A DNA stretch of 64,000 nt, taken from positions 53,582 to 117,581 of IMG/VR virus record IMGVR_UViG_3300021963_000047, one strand, 5' to 3'. Source of the stretch: a virus. The notes below the pieces were generated by a model, which was given only the letters and a program-made list of their open reading frames with translations, did no database searches and had not been told where the DNA came from. Position 1 is the stretch's first letter, and every line of letters starts with the position of its first letter. Position numbers and translations under genes: made by a program. Below, piece by piece: positions 38,663 to 47,872 of this stretch.

Positions 38663-39726
38663 AGATTGCTCTAATTACCGATACCCATTGGGGTGTTCGC
38701 AATGACGGCGTTGCTTTTCTCGATAATAGTAAACAATTTATTGACAGCATTTTTCTTCCTACTTTGGAACAGGAAGGAGTATCAACAATCTGCCATCTGG
38801 GTGATCTTGTTGACCGTCGTAAGTACATTAATATTAACACTGCTAGGCGTCTTCGACAAGACTTTCTGGACCCAATTGCAGGACGCAATTATGATGTACA
38901 TATCATTGCTGGAAACCATGATACTTACTATAAAAACACAAATTCTGTAAATGCTCTTAACGAACTCGTTAGGGGTCAATACCCATTTCATATCTATGAT
39001 CAACTTCCAAGAGAAGTTGACTTTGATGGTCTCATCGTATTGATGTTGCCTTGGATATGTGATGAGAATAGAAAACTAACTTTGGAGAAGATTCGTGGAA
39101 CAAACGCGCAAGTCTGTTTTGGACATCTTGAACTCGCTGGATTTGAAATGTACAGGGGGTCGATGGTGTCGCACGGTGACGATGCTAGCATTTTTAATAA
39201 GTTTGATCTTGTTTGCTCTGGTCATTATCATCATAAGTCCTCTTCTGGCAATATTCATTACCTTGGCAATCATGGTGAGTTTACTTGGAGCGATTATAAT
39301 GATCCTAAGGGATTTCATATCTTTGATACTGAAACGAGAGATCTAAAATTTATTAGAAATCCATATACCATCTTTGAAAAGATATGGTATAATGATACCA
39401 ACTATACTATTGAAGATATAGCTTCTCATGAATACGAGAAGTATAAGAATAAGATAATTAAAGTCATTGTACAAAATAAAACTAACCCATATTGGTTTGA
39501 TATGTTTGTTGATAATCTCGAGAAGTCTGGTATCTTAGAACTTCAGGTAGTTGAAGATCATCTAAATCTTAATCTAGAACAAGATGAAGATATTGTTAAT
39601 GAAGCTGAAGATACACTAACTATCTTTAAGAATTATATCGGTCAGATTAATACGACAGATGATATTAAACAAAAGATAGAAAATACTGTACACTCTCTAT
39701 ATGCTGAGGCGTTGTCTGTTGAATGA
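38659..39726 (+). CDS. gp47: Recombination endonuclease subunit gp47 (Mre11-like; TTG start)
   Basis: DTHWG, HLGDLVD, GNHD, GHLEL and SGHYH phosphoesterase motifs. Confidence 0.95.
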   Translation: MKIALITDTHWGVRNDGVAFLDNSKQFIDSIFLPTLEQEGVSTICHLGDLVDRRKYININTARRLRQDFLDPIAGRNYDVHIIAGNHDTYYKNTNSVNALNELVRGQYPFHIYDQLPREVDFDGLIVLMLPWICDENRKLTLEKIRGTNAQVCFGHLELAGFEMYRGSMVSHGDDASIFNKFDLVCSGHYHHKSSSGNIHYLGNHGEFTWSDYNDPKGFHIFDTETRDLKFIRNPYTIFEKIWYNDTNYTIEDIASHEYEKYKNKIIKVIVQNKTNPYWFDMFVDNLEKSGILELQVVEDHLNLNLEQDEDIVNEAEDTLTIFKNYIGQINTTDDIKQKIENTVHSLYAEALSVE

Positions 39727-41429
39727 TTGTTTTTAAAAAGATTAGATGGAAAAACTTCTTAAGTACAGGTAATATTTTTACTGAAATAGAACTTAATAAG
39801 TCTGCAACTACACTCATCGTTGGTGAAAATGGAGCCGGCAAATCTACTTTGCTGGATGCTTTGTCATTTGCGCTTTTCAATAAACCATTTAGAAAGATCA
39901 ACAAACCATTACTTCTAAACTCTATTACAAAGAAAGATCTTGTAGTAGAGATTGAATTCTCTATTGGTTCTAATAACTATAAGATTGTTAGAGGCATAAA
40001 ACCAAATATCTTCGAAGTATATCAGAATGGCACTCTGTTAAATCAGTCTGCTGATAGTAAAGACTATCAAGATATCTTAGAGAAACAAATCTTAAAGATT
40101 AATTTTAAATCTTTCTGCCAAGTTGTTGTTCTTGGATCTGCATCATTCGTGCCATTTATGTCTCTTCCTGCCGGTCAACGTAGAGAGATTATTGAAGATC
40201 TATTGGATCTACAGATCTTTACTAGTATGAATACGATCCTTAAGCAAAGGATTACAACAAATGCTGAAGATCTTATTAAGCAAGAAGCTAAGAAGACTAT
40301 TGTTGAAGAAAAGATTAAACTTGTTAAGAAGCATCTTATAGAACTGCAAAATAATAATGAAAAGATTATTAGTGAAAAGAATGAACGTATAGATCAAACT
40401 AATATACAGATTGAAGATCTGAATACCGTATATTGGGATATGGAAAATAAAAGAAAAGATCTTGAAGAAAAGATGGTAGATGAAAAAGAACTAGCATCTT
40501 CAATGAAAAAGCTTACAGCTCTAAAGCATAAGTTTGAAGCACACCTGTCATCTCAGAGAGAACAGATAAAGTTCTTTACTGATCATGATAATTGTCCTAC
40601 CTGCAAGCAAGAGATCAATGAAACATTCAAGTGTGATATGGTTCAGAGTAATCAAGAACGAGTCAAAGAATTAGAAGAAAACCTAGAACTTGTTGCTAAG
40701 AATTATGTAGAGACTAATGATAAGATCAATGAGTTGATGAATATCCAAGCTGAGCTAAACAGCACAAAGATGGAACTACATAAACTAGCTACAAAGATTA
40801 CTTCACTGATTGAATATAGAACTCAGCTCGAGACTGAAATCAATAGTATCCAAAAAACAGTGACAGAAGACAATTCTGATCAACTAAATAAATTAATAGA
40901 TGAACTTAAAGAAGCAGAAGATGTATTGACTGAGTTGCATGATCTTAAACAAACATATCAAGCAGTATCAGTCTTGTTAAAAGATGGCGGTATTAAAGCA
41001 AAGATTATCAAACAATATATCCCAATTATTAATAAGCTTATTAATAAGTATCTTTCTTCTATGGACTTCTTTGTTCAGTTTGAACTTAATGAGGAATTCA
41101 ATGAAACTATCAAATCTAGATTTAGAGACGAGTTTAGCTATGCTTCGTTCTCCGAAGGAGAGAAGATGCGTATTAACCTTGCTATACTTTTCACTTGGCG
41201 TGCTGTTGCTAAGCTGCGTAACTCTATCTCTACAAATATTCTTATCATGGATGAAGTAATGGATTCTTCACTTGATTCGAATGGCACAGAAGAGTTTATG
41301 AAAGTATTAACACAACTTACCACTGATACAAATACATTTATTATTAGTCATAAGACTGATCAATTGTATGATAAGTTTACATCAGTAATTAAGTTTGAAA
41401 AGCATAAAAATTTTAGTAAAGTAGCATGA
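39723..41429 (+). CDS. gp46: Recombination endonuclease subunit gp46 (Rad50-like)
   Basis: GENGAGKS, zinc hook CPTC, FSEGEK signature and MDEV Walker B. Confidence 0.96.
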   Translation: MIVFKKIRWKNFLSTGNIFTEIELNKSATTLIVGENGAGKSTLLDALSFALFNKPFRKINKPLLLNSITKKDLVVEIEFSIGSNNYKIVRGIKPNIFEVYQNGTLLNQSADSKDYQDILEKQILKINFKSFCQVVVLGSASFVPFMSLPAGQRREIIEDLLDLQIFTSMNTILKQRITTNAEDLIKQEAKKTIVEEKIKLVKKHLIELQNNNEKIISEKNERIDQTNIQIEDLNTVYWDMENKRKDLEEKMVDEKELASSMKKLTALKHKFEAHLSSQREQIKFFTDHDNCPTCKQEINETFKCDMVQSNQERVKELEENLELVAKNYVETNDKINELMNIQAELNSTKMELHKLATKITSLIEYRTQLETEINSIQKTVTEDNSDQLNKLIDELKEAEDVLTELHDLKQTYQAVSVLLKDGGIKAKIIKQYIPIINKLINKYLSSMDFFVQFELNEEFNETIKSRFRDEFSYASFSEGEKMRINLAILFTWRAVAKLRNSISTNILIMDEVMDSSLDSNGTEEFMKVLTQLTTDTNTFIISHKTDQLYDKFTSVIKFEKHKNFSKVA

Positions 41430-42517
41430 TGGAAAAAAGACTCTTATTATATTTTGGTGGCAATAAGCCAAGAGACAAAGCTCTTGGTCTTCCTACATGG
41501 ATACCTATAACAAAAAGACCATTTATTCAGTCTGTTAATAGAGTTAATCATTCTATTGGAGAATATATAAATCCATTTAAATCAGTTATAGCTACTGAAA
41601 CTATAGAAGATCTTTTAAAACTAAAAAATAATACTTTATCATTCGAAGATCAAGCGCATTATACAGCTTTGCAGATCAAAGAAAAAACACAAGATTCTAA
41701 GATATTCTTGATGTATAGCGGTGGGATAGATAGTACTAGTGCGCTGGTTGCTATCATGAATACATGGAGCAAAGAAGATCTAGAACGAGTTTTTATTTTA
41801 ATGTCTTATAGATCTATTGAAGAATTTCCAGATATGTGGAAAACTATAAATCAACATTTTAAAGGAAGAATAATCAATTCTCTAATTAATACAGATAAAT
41901 TTTTAGACGAAGGATATATGATAACTGGTGAATTTGGAGATCAGTTATTTGGAAGTGATATTGTAATTCCACTAGTTGGAAAATATGGAGACGAAGGAAT
42001 ACATCTTCCTTGGCAAAATAATATTAATAATTTTTATAAAGATTTATTTGGAAGTACATTTTCTAAAAATGTAGATTTGTTTGTTGATAAGTATGCACAG
42101 ACATTAGAATACTCACCATTTAAAATAAGCAGTTGTTTTGATTTTCTTTGGTGGTTTAATTTTACTAATAAATGGCAATTGGTAAAATACAGAATGCTTG
42201 AACAAAAAAGATTTCAAGATCCTAGAACTAGTTTTTCAAAAATTATACACTTTTTTGACACACCAGAATTTCAGAGATGGTCGCTAGATAATCAAGATCA
42301 GAAAATACAAAATACATTAATTTCTTATAAATATAGTGCAAAAGAGTTTATAGTTAAGCATACTAAATATACAGACTATCTAAAAAAACCAAAAGTAGGA
42401 AGCCTACAGTTTATTTGGAGTAACTTTGATAAAAGTTATGCTTTTGATCAAGACTTCAATGAAATGACTCACGAAGAAGTTATAGGATGTGTTAATGATT
42501 ATGGAAGACCAGATTGA
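41426..42517 (+). CDS. PP-loop ATP pyrophosphatase (asparagine synthetase C-terminal-like)
   Basis: MYSGGIDS and ITGEFGDQLFG motifs; no glutaminase domain seen. Confidence 0.65.
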   Translation: MMEKRLLLYFGGNKPRDKALGLPTWIPITKRPFIQSVNRVNHSIGEYINPFKSVIATETIEDLLKLKNNTLSFEDQAHYTALQIKEKTQDSKIFLMYSGGIDSTSALVAIMNTWSKEDLERVFILMSYRSIEEFPDMWKTINQHFKGRIINSLINTDKFLDEGYMITGEFGDQLFGSDIVIPLVGKYGDEGIHLPWQNNINNFYKDLFGSTFSKNVDLFVDKYAQTLEYSPFKISSCFDFLWWFNFTNKWQLVKYRMLEQKRFQDPRTSFSKIIHFFDTPEFQRWSLDNQDQKIQNTLISYKYSAKEFIVKHTKYTDYLKKPKVGSLQFIWSNFDKSYAFDQDFNEMTHEEVIGCVNDYGRPD

Positions 42518-43124
42518 ATACGACTTGTATGGTAGATTGTGTTATCCGGATGATGAATCTAGATATTACATTTATATCGGTTCTGATAGAAGAATTATAA
42601 AAATTAGAGAATATACACACTGGTATACTCCAGTCAGAGAGTTTAAATTTTTTACTTTTGATGGTAAAATCAACCCTATAGTATTTTTAAATCCTTATGA
42701 ATATACGATCGATAATAATGAAATAGTTAAAAAACCAGACTGTTCTTTTCAAGTTTTACAACAATGTAAAGAAGAAGCTTTAGAACTAGTAATATGGGAA
42801 AGATTTGAAAGTTTTGTTTTTAACTATACAAGAATGTATGCTAAAAATTTTATAGAAATGCTTAATGATGTTTATATTCTTGATGAAATAAAAAATTATA
42901 ATACTAATAAAGAAATTGGTCCTCTATTAAAAAATCTTCATTCATTAAACAATAATAACTATTCTATTGAAGATATAGTTGCTAGAGAAGCAATTAAAAT
43001 TGAAGATAAAAAGAACATACTAATGTTCATTAACACACAACGCCATAATTTAAAGACATTAATTTCTGAAAAGAAATACGAAGAAGCTTTAAATTATATT
43101 AAAAAAACGCATGCTTCATGGTGA
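42501..43124 (+). CDS. Hypothetical protein
   Basis: ORF overlapping both neighbours; no motif recognised. Confidence 0.55.
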   Translation: MEDQIEYDLYGRLCYPDDESRYYIYIGSDRRIIKIREYTHWYTPVREFKFFTFDGKINPIVFLNPYEYTIDNNEIVKKPDCSFQVLQQCKEEALELVIWERFESFVFNYTRMYAKNFIEMLNDVYILDEIKNYNTNKEIGPLLKNLHSLNNNNYSIEDIVAREAIKIEDKKNILMFINTQRHNLKTLISEKKYEEALNYIKKTHASW

Positions 43125-43794
43125 GAAAAGAAACATGATATTAAATACATCACAAACATCAATCATTGACATGAGAGATACTATGTACCCTAGTTATTCT
43201 CTTATGGTTAGAAACTCAACGGCAGAAATTAAAGCCAAAGATATTTCATGGTCTACTGCTATGGGTTATTGTTATGGGCAGGCACAAATAAAGAATGGTG
43301 ATCAATATATTCTATTAAATCCGGGTGATTATTTTTCATTTACTGTCAAAGAAAATGATGTTAGTATATCAACTATGGACAATTTATTCATTGTCTTTAG
43401 GCTCGGATTTATGGGTCATAACCTCATAGGAAAGACAGACAATAAGGGTAAGTTATCTTATATTGATGGTTGCTCTGATTCACTATTGGTTTATCCACCT
43501 AGACTTGGTGATGCTTCTTTGAACTTTCTTTATTTTCCCAAAAATATAAATCAATCTTATCATACGCATCCTTCAATTAGAATTGGTTGTGTTATTAGCG
43601 GAAGAGGTATATCTGATACAGATGTTCCAAATGAACTGACAGAAGGTTCACACTTTTGTTTAGAAGAACAAGAACTACACAGATTCAGGACTGAAGATTC
43701 AGAGATGAGAATTATTGCATTTCATCCAGATGGTGATTGGGGTCCTACAGATGAAAACCATATTATGATTAACAGGACGTATGTAAGAAAATGA
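43111..43794 (+). CDS. Cupin-domain protein
   Basis: QSYHTHPSIRIG.V.SG.G ... ELHRFRT ... IAFHPD cupin metal motifs. Confidence 0.7.
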   Translation: MLHGEKRNMILNTSQTSIIDMRDTMYPSYSLMVRNSTAEIKAKDISWSTAMGYCYGQAQIKNGDQYILLNPGDYFSFTVKENDVSISTMDNLFIVFRLGFMGHNLIGKTDNKGKLSYIDGCSDSLLVYPPRLGDASLNFLYFPKNINQSYHTHPSIRIGCVISGRGISDTDVPNELTEGSHFCLEEQELHRFRTEDSEMRIIAFHPDGDWGPTDENHIMINRTYVRK

Positions 43795-44270
43795 ATTTAA
43801 TTATTGGCGATGATCCTATTTTGAAAAAAGAATGTGATGAATTTGATTTTGCAAACCCACCTTTCGATCCCATAGAATTTTCGAAGAATATCATACAAAC
43901 AATGTATGATAAAAATGGTATTGGTCTTGCAGCAAATCAAGTTGGTGTACCATATAAAATATTTGCTATGAGAGGAAAACCCGCAGACTTTGTTTGTTTT
44001 AATCCTAGAATAGTCATGCCTTCCGAAGAAGTTATTCTTCTCGAAGAATCATGCCTTTCATTTCCGGGATTAGTTGTTAAGATAAAGAGACCAAGACACG
44101 TGCGTGTAAGGTTTCAGAGTCCTACCGGTGAAACAGTCACTCAACAATTTACAGGCATGACTGCTCGTGTGTTTCAACACGAACTAGATCACGTGAACGG
44201 TGTATTGTTTTATTCACGTGCTAATCGTTTTCATCGTGAGAAAGCTTTTAAGAAATGTGGAATTACTTAA
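43791..44270 (+). CDS. def: Peptide deformylase (short phage type)
   Basis: GIGLAANQVG, EESCLSFP and QHELDH motifs. Confidence 0.93.
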   Translation: MNLIIGDDPILKKECDEFDFANPPFDPIEFSKNIIQTMYDKNGIGLAANQVGVPYKIFAMRGKPADFVCFNPRIVMPSEEVILLEESCLSFPGLVVKIKRPRHVRVRFQSPTGETVTQQFTGMTARVFQHELDHVNGVLFYSRANRFHREKAFKKCGIT

Positions 44271-44431
44271 AATTCAGTAACATACAAATAGCTATTAACT
44301 TAAACCCATTTGCATGGGGATTCCATCTCGAGTATGGCGGTCCAACAACTATGGATCCAGCTATGTACTTTCTTGTCATTAAGGTTATAATGGTAAGAAT
44401 AAGCATAGTGCTTGATGATGGGAGTTGGTGA

Positions 44432-44968
44432 GTGAATATATTCTACATTGATACAGATCCTGTAAAAGCTGCGCAAGGCATGGTAGATAAACATGTCGTT
44501 AAGATGATCTTGGAATCTGCACAGCTTTTATCTACTGCACACCGTTTGCTTGACGGTACACAGATCGAAGGCACATCTAAGACTGGCCGTAAAGCTAAGC
44601 GCTGGATCTTGCATGATGGCCGTCAAGATGTATTATATCAAGCTACACATATTAATCATCCATCTGCAGTATGGTGTCGACAGTCAGTAGAAAACTACTC
44701 CTGGCTCGTCGAACATTTCTATGCTCTTATGGCTGAATACACACATCGCTATACTAAAAAACATGCATGTAATGGTGATCTAAGCTATATGCTTCAGTCA
44801 CCTCCACATAAACTTAAAGATTATGATTGGACTACTATGCCATCTGCTATGGCCGATGAATATAAAATTAGCGATGACCCATTAACAAACTATAGAAACT
44901 ATTATAAGATTGGTAAAGCCACTATGCATAAGTGGACCAATCGCCAACCGCCGGAGTGGATTATATGA
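44432..44968 (+). CDS. Pyrimidine-dimer DNA glycosylase-like (DenV family) protein, GTG start
   Basis: MNIFY.D.DP..AA....DKHVVKMILESAQLLSTAH...THINHPSAVW...EYT.RY.K.H. Confidence 0.75.
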   Translation: MNIFYIDTDPVKAAQGMVDKHVVKMILESAQLLSTAHRLLDGTQIEGTSKTGRKAKRWILHDGRQDVLYQATHINHPSAVWCRQSVENYSWLVEHFYALMAEYTHRYTKKHACNGDLSYMLQSPPHKLKDYDWTTMPSAMADEYKISDDPLTNYRNYYKIGKATMHKWTNRQPPEWII

Positions 44969-45363
44969 GTAAAGACTGGGCTTTTGATATTGCTATGATG
45001 CACGAGAAGTATGGCGTCCATCCTGTTATTGAGAAGATGGATGCTGATACTCTCAAGAAATTTCTTGAGTTTAGAGTACGATTCTTGGAAGAAGAACTTA
45101 CTGAACTTAAGAATGCTACCAATGCAGATGATGTTGTAGATGCACTTATTGATCTATGCGTTGTTGCTATTGGGACACTTGATGGCTTTGGTGTTGACTC
45201 TCATAAAGCATGGGATGCAGTACTTGTAGCTAACATGAATAAAAAGGTTGGGGTTAAAGAATCACGTCCTAATCCTCTTGGTTTGCCAGACCTTATTAAG
45301 CCAGAAGGTTGGACTGCTCCGTCACATGCCGATAATGAAGGCAAACTTAAAGAGATCTTCTAA
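44965..45363 (+). CDS. MazG-like all-alpha NTP pyrophosphohydrolase (probable dCTPase/dUTPase role)
   Basis: FLEEELTEL...VVDALIDL...ANMNK...LIKPEGW. Confidence 0.75.
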   Translation: MSKDWAFDIAMMHEKYGVHPVIEKMDADTLKKFLEFRVRFLEEELTELKNATNADDVVDALIDLCVVAIGTLDGFGVDSHKAWDAVLVANMNKKVGVKESRPNPLGLPDLIKPEGWTAPSHADNEGKLKEIF

Positions 45364-45959
45364 TGTCAATACAAGATTATGCTAAACTCATTTTTACCAA
45401 TGAAAGCATTATTGTCGATAAGACTAAAGAACTTGATGATAGACTAGTTTCTATCTCTACCAACATATTCGAAAATCCTCTTCAGAGAAAAGGAAGATCT
45501 TTCAAACAAGTTTATGAAGCACAAAAGAAAACAGTTATTGAAGATGCTCTCGTTAAACTAAGTGTTGGTTTTGTACACAATCCTCTTGAATGGGATTATA
45601 AAGTTCCACATTCACATGCATATGATATAGTGCATTCTGATCAATGTAAGACATTTGAAATTAAGCGCTGGCCACCAGATCAGCCTAACGGTGATTTAGC
45701 AAAATGGTTCTCATATCCAAGAGATGCATTTAAAAACTTTATAAAGCATAATAATATTATTGACTATATCATCTCTGGTAAGATGATAGAACATGAACAT
45801 TCATATGAGATTGGCTTTCACATGATTGCTGATGCAAAAACTTTTATGAATTATGTAAAAGAATCTATTTACAAAAAAGACCAATTAGTGTACTATCATC
45901 GTAATGCTGCTGATGATGGCATGTGTATCATGAATTATAACGTGAATTATAGGAGATAA
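45363..45959 (+). CDS. Putative PD-(D/E)xK endonuclease
   Basis: IEDAL...AYDIV...FEIK pattern. Confidence 0.45.
   Translation: MSIQDYAKLIFTNESIIVDKTKELDDRLVSISTNIFENPLQRKGRSFKQVYEAQKKTVIEDALVKLSVGFVHNPLEWDYKVPHSHAYDIVHSDQCKTFEIKRWPPDQPNGDLAKWFSYPRDAFKNFIKHNNIIDYIISGKMIEHEHSYEIGFHMIADAKTFMNYVKESIYKKDQLVYYHRNAADDGMCIMNYNVNYRR
45868..45896 (+). promoter_or_regulatory. Sigma70-like promoter for the DNA-modification genes
   Basis: TTTACA-17 nt-TACTAT inside the 3' end of the preceding ORF, upstream of the AGGAG/ATG at 45962. Confidence 0.6.
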
Positions 45960-45961
45960 CA

Positions 45962-46369
45962 ATGACTGACCGCCATTCCGTACAAGTTCTGAGTGAATGC
46001 ATTGCTTTGCAGAATGCAAAAGCAAATGATTACCAGAATAAAAACTCTCGTATCCTGCAAGCAGATTACTACACTAACGGTTGTGCAACTATCCATGATA
46101 TTATGCATGGTAAAATGCTTCGTATGCAATCTGTTATGGAAGCTATGCAAAATGATCCTAACTATGCTCCTAACTTTGAATCCCTTGAAGATTCTGCTAA
46201 AGACTTGATTAACTATGGATCATTCTTTGTTGCGTATCTTCGTGGTAAGGTTGAAGGTCAACGCCCTGATCGCGACTTCCTCAATCGCAAGATCAATGTT
46301 TCAGAGACTACACAGTCTAATGTCAACCAGTATGGCATCATGACTGCATCTATTACCGCTGGAGAATAA
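45962..46369 (+). CDS. Nucleotide-modification-associated all-alpha protein (DUF1599/Nmad1-like)
   Basis: LQNAKANDY...K.LR...ESLEDSAKDLINY pattern; adjacent to the hydroxymethylase. Confidence 0.6.
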   Translation: MTDRHSVQVLSECIALQNAKANDYQNKNSRILQADYYTNGCATIHDIMHGKMLRMQSVMEAMQNDPNYAPNFESLEDSAKDLINYGSFFVAYLRGKVEGQRPDRDFLNRKINVSETTQSNVNQYGIMTASITAGE

Positions 46370-46372
46370 TAG

Positions 46373-47029
46373 ATGCATATGAGAAACACCGTTGAAGATA
46401 TCAGGCAACACTTCAAAGAGCTTCTTCGTCAGAAGATCTTTGTTACTGATAAGACAGGTGTTAAGATGATTGAACTCGTCGGCGCAAACTTTGTTGCCGA
46501 CGAGAAGGCCATCTTTGGCAATGTTAACTACGATTACGTAGAGCGTGAACTCGAATGGTATGAGTCAATGTCTCTTAATGTCAATGATATTCCCGGTGGC
46601 CCTCCTGCTATCTGGAAACAAGTAGCAGATAGTCAAGGATATATCAATTCAAATTATGGTTGGTGTATCTGGTCTCCAGAAAACAATTATCAGTTTGAAC
46701 ATGTTAAGCGCGAATTGCAGAAAAATCCTGAATCGCGCAGAGCAACTATGATCTATACACGCCCTGAGATGTGGAAAGATTATAACTTTGATGGTAGATC
46801 TGATTTTATGTGTACTAACGCAGTACAATACATGATTAGACGTGATGCTCTTCATGCCGTTGTACAGATGCGTTCTAATGATGTAGTATTTGGATATAAG
46901 AATGATTATGCATGGCAATCTCACGTTCTTGATTTGTTGTGTCTTGAACTTGGTGTACAACGTGGTGATATCCATTGGAATGTTGGTAGTCTTCATGTTT
47001 ATGAACGTCACTTTGATCTAGTAAAATGA
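46373..47029 (+). CDS. gp42: dCMP hydroxymethylase (T4 gp42 type)
   Basis: INSNYGW, SRRA, DFMCTN (catalytic Cys), MRSNDVVFGYKNDYAWQ with the dCMP-specifying Asp, and WNVGSLHVYERHF. Confidence 0.9.
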   Translation: MHMRNTVEDIRQHFKELLRQKIFVTDKTGVKMIELVGANFVADEKAIFGNVNYDYVERELEWYESMSLNVNDIPGGPPAIWKQVADSQGYINSNYGWCIWSPENNYQFEHVKRELQKNPESRRATMIYTRPEMWKDYNFDGRSDFMCTNAVQYMIRRDALHAVVQMRSNDVVFGYKNDYAWQSHVLDLLCLELGVQRGDIHWNVGSLHVYERHFDLVK

Positions 47030-47493
47030 TTATACACAAGTGGGATAAACGTTATCTTCAACTAGCAAAAAGCATTGCGCAGTGGTCTAAAGATCCTAGC
47101 ACAAAGGTTGGAGCTGTGACTGTTGGCAATCAAGGTCAAATACTTTCGCAGGGTTATAATGGTTTCCCACGAAATATCAAAGATACACCCGATAGACTAA
47201 ATGATAGACCAACAAAATTGAAATATGTAGTTCATGCAGAGATGAATTGCATATACAATGCTTGTCTTAATGGTGTGTCTTTAAAAGACTCTGATCTGTA
47301 TGTTTATGGTTTGCCTGTCTGTTCTGACTGTGCAAAGGGTGTCATACAGGTTGGAGTTAAACGCGTTATCATGTGTTATCCAGTAGAAATTACTGATAGA
47401 TGGCAAGCATCTTTTGAAGATACATCTAAGATGTTCTCTGAAACAGGTATAACATTTAGTACATATGATGAAAAACGTATTGAACTTTCTTGA
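47026..47493 (+). CDS. cd: dCMP deaminase
   Basis: SKDPSTKVGA, GYNGFP, HAEMN and PVCSDC zinc motifs. Confidence 0.92.
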   Translation: MIIHKWDKRYLQLAKSIAQWSKDPSTKVGAVTVGNQGQILSQGYNGFPRNIKDTPDRLNDRPTKLKYVVHAEMNCIYNACLNGVSLKDSDLYVYGLPVCSDCAKGVIQVGVKRVIMCYPVEITDRWQASFEDTSKMFSETGITFSTYDEKRIELS

Positions 47494-47872
47494 AGACCAT
47501 GTCATTTCTGATGACATCATTATATTAGGTCAATGCCCGTCCAGTAAAACTCAGCCATTTAAGAATGGTACGTTTGCTAGACTTAAATCATGGTGTGATG
47601 AAGTTGGTCTTAAAGCATGGGATTTTCATAACGTTATTCCTGATAAGATCAACAGTTATTCTATTGCAGATGTTAATAGCGATCTTTTAATCACACGTAC
47701 AAAAAATAAAAAGAAAGTTATTGCTCTTGGTGGCTTTGTTAGTCGTGTGTGCACTAAATACAAAATCGATCACTTCAAGATTGATCATCCATCTCCACGA
47801 AATCGTAATCTAAATGATAAAGATTATGAAAAAGCAATGATTGAAAGATTAAGAACTTATGTCAACACTTGA
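47465..47872 (+). CDS. Uracil-DNA-glycosylase-fold protein (minimal)
   Basis: IIILGQCP, FHNV, VIALG and HPSPRN motifs. Confidence 0.65.
   Translation: MMKNVLNFLEDHVISDDIIILGQCPSSKTQPFKNGTFARLKSWCDEVGLKAWDFHNVIPDKINSYSIADVNSDLLITRTKNKKKVIALGGFVSRVCTKYKIDHFKIDHPSPRNRNLNDKDYEKAMIERLRTYVNT

Noticed and set aside
23784-41429. Introns, inteins or homing endonucleases in core genes (gp17, gp20, gp23, uvsW, gp46/47)
   Set aside because: All are uninterrupted and near the expected length; no HNH, GIY-YIG or LAGLIDADG motifs were noticed.
41426-42517. Lasso-peptide gene cluster
   Set aside because: No B1/B2 (RRE/protease) genes or precursor peptide are recognisable nearby; only the Asn-synthetase-like domain is present.
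44300-44494. 64-aa minus-strand ORF in the def-denV gap
   Set aside because: Opposes the direction of the surrounding operon, overlaps the DenV-like start, and has no RBS or motif.
46373-47029. Thymidylate synthase (thyA/td) or dUMP hydroxymethylase
   Set aside because: It has Asp rather than Asn at the specificity position and T4 gp42-like DFMCTN/NDYAWQ motifs. A dCMP hydroxylase variant cannot be excluded by eye.
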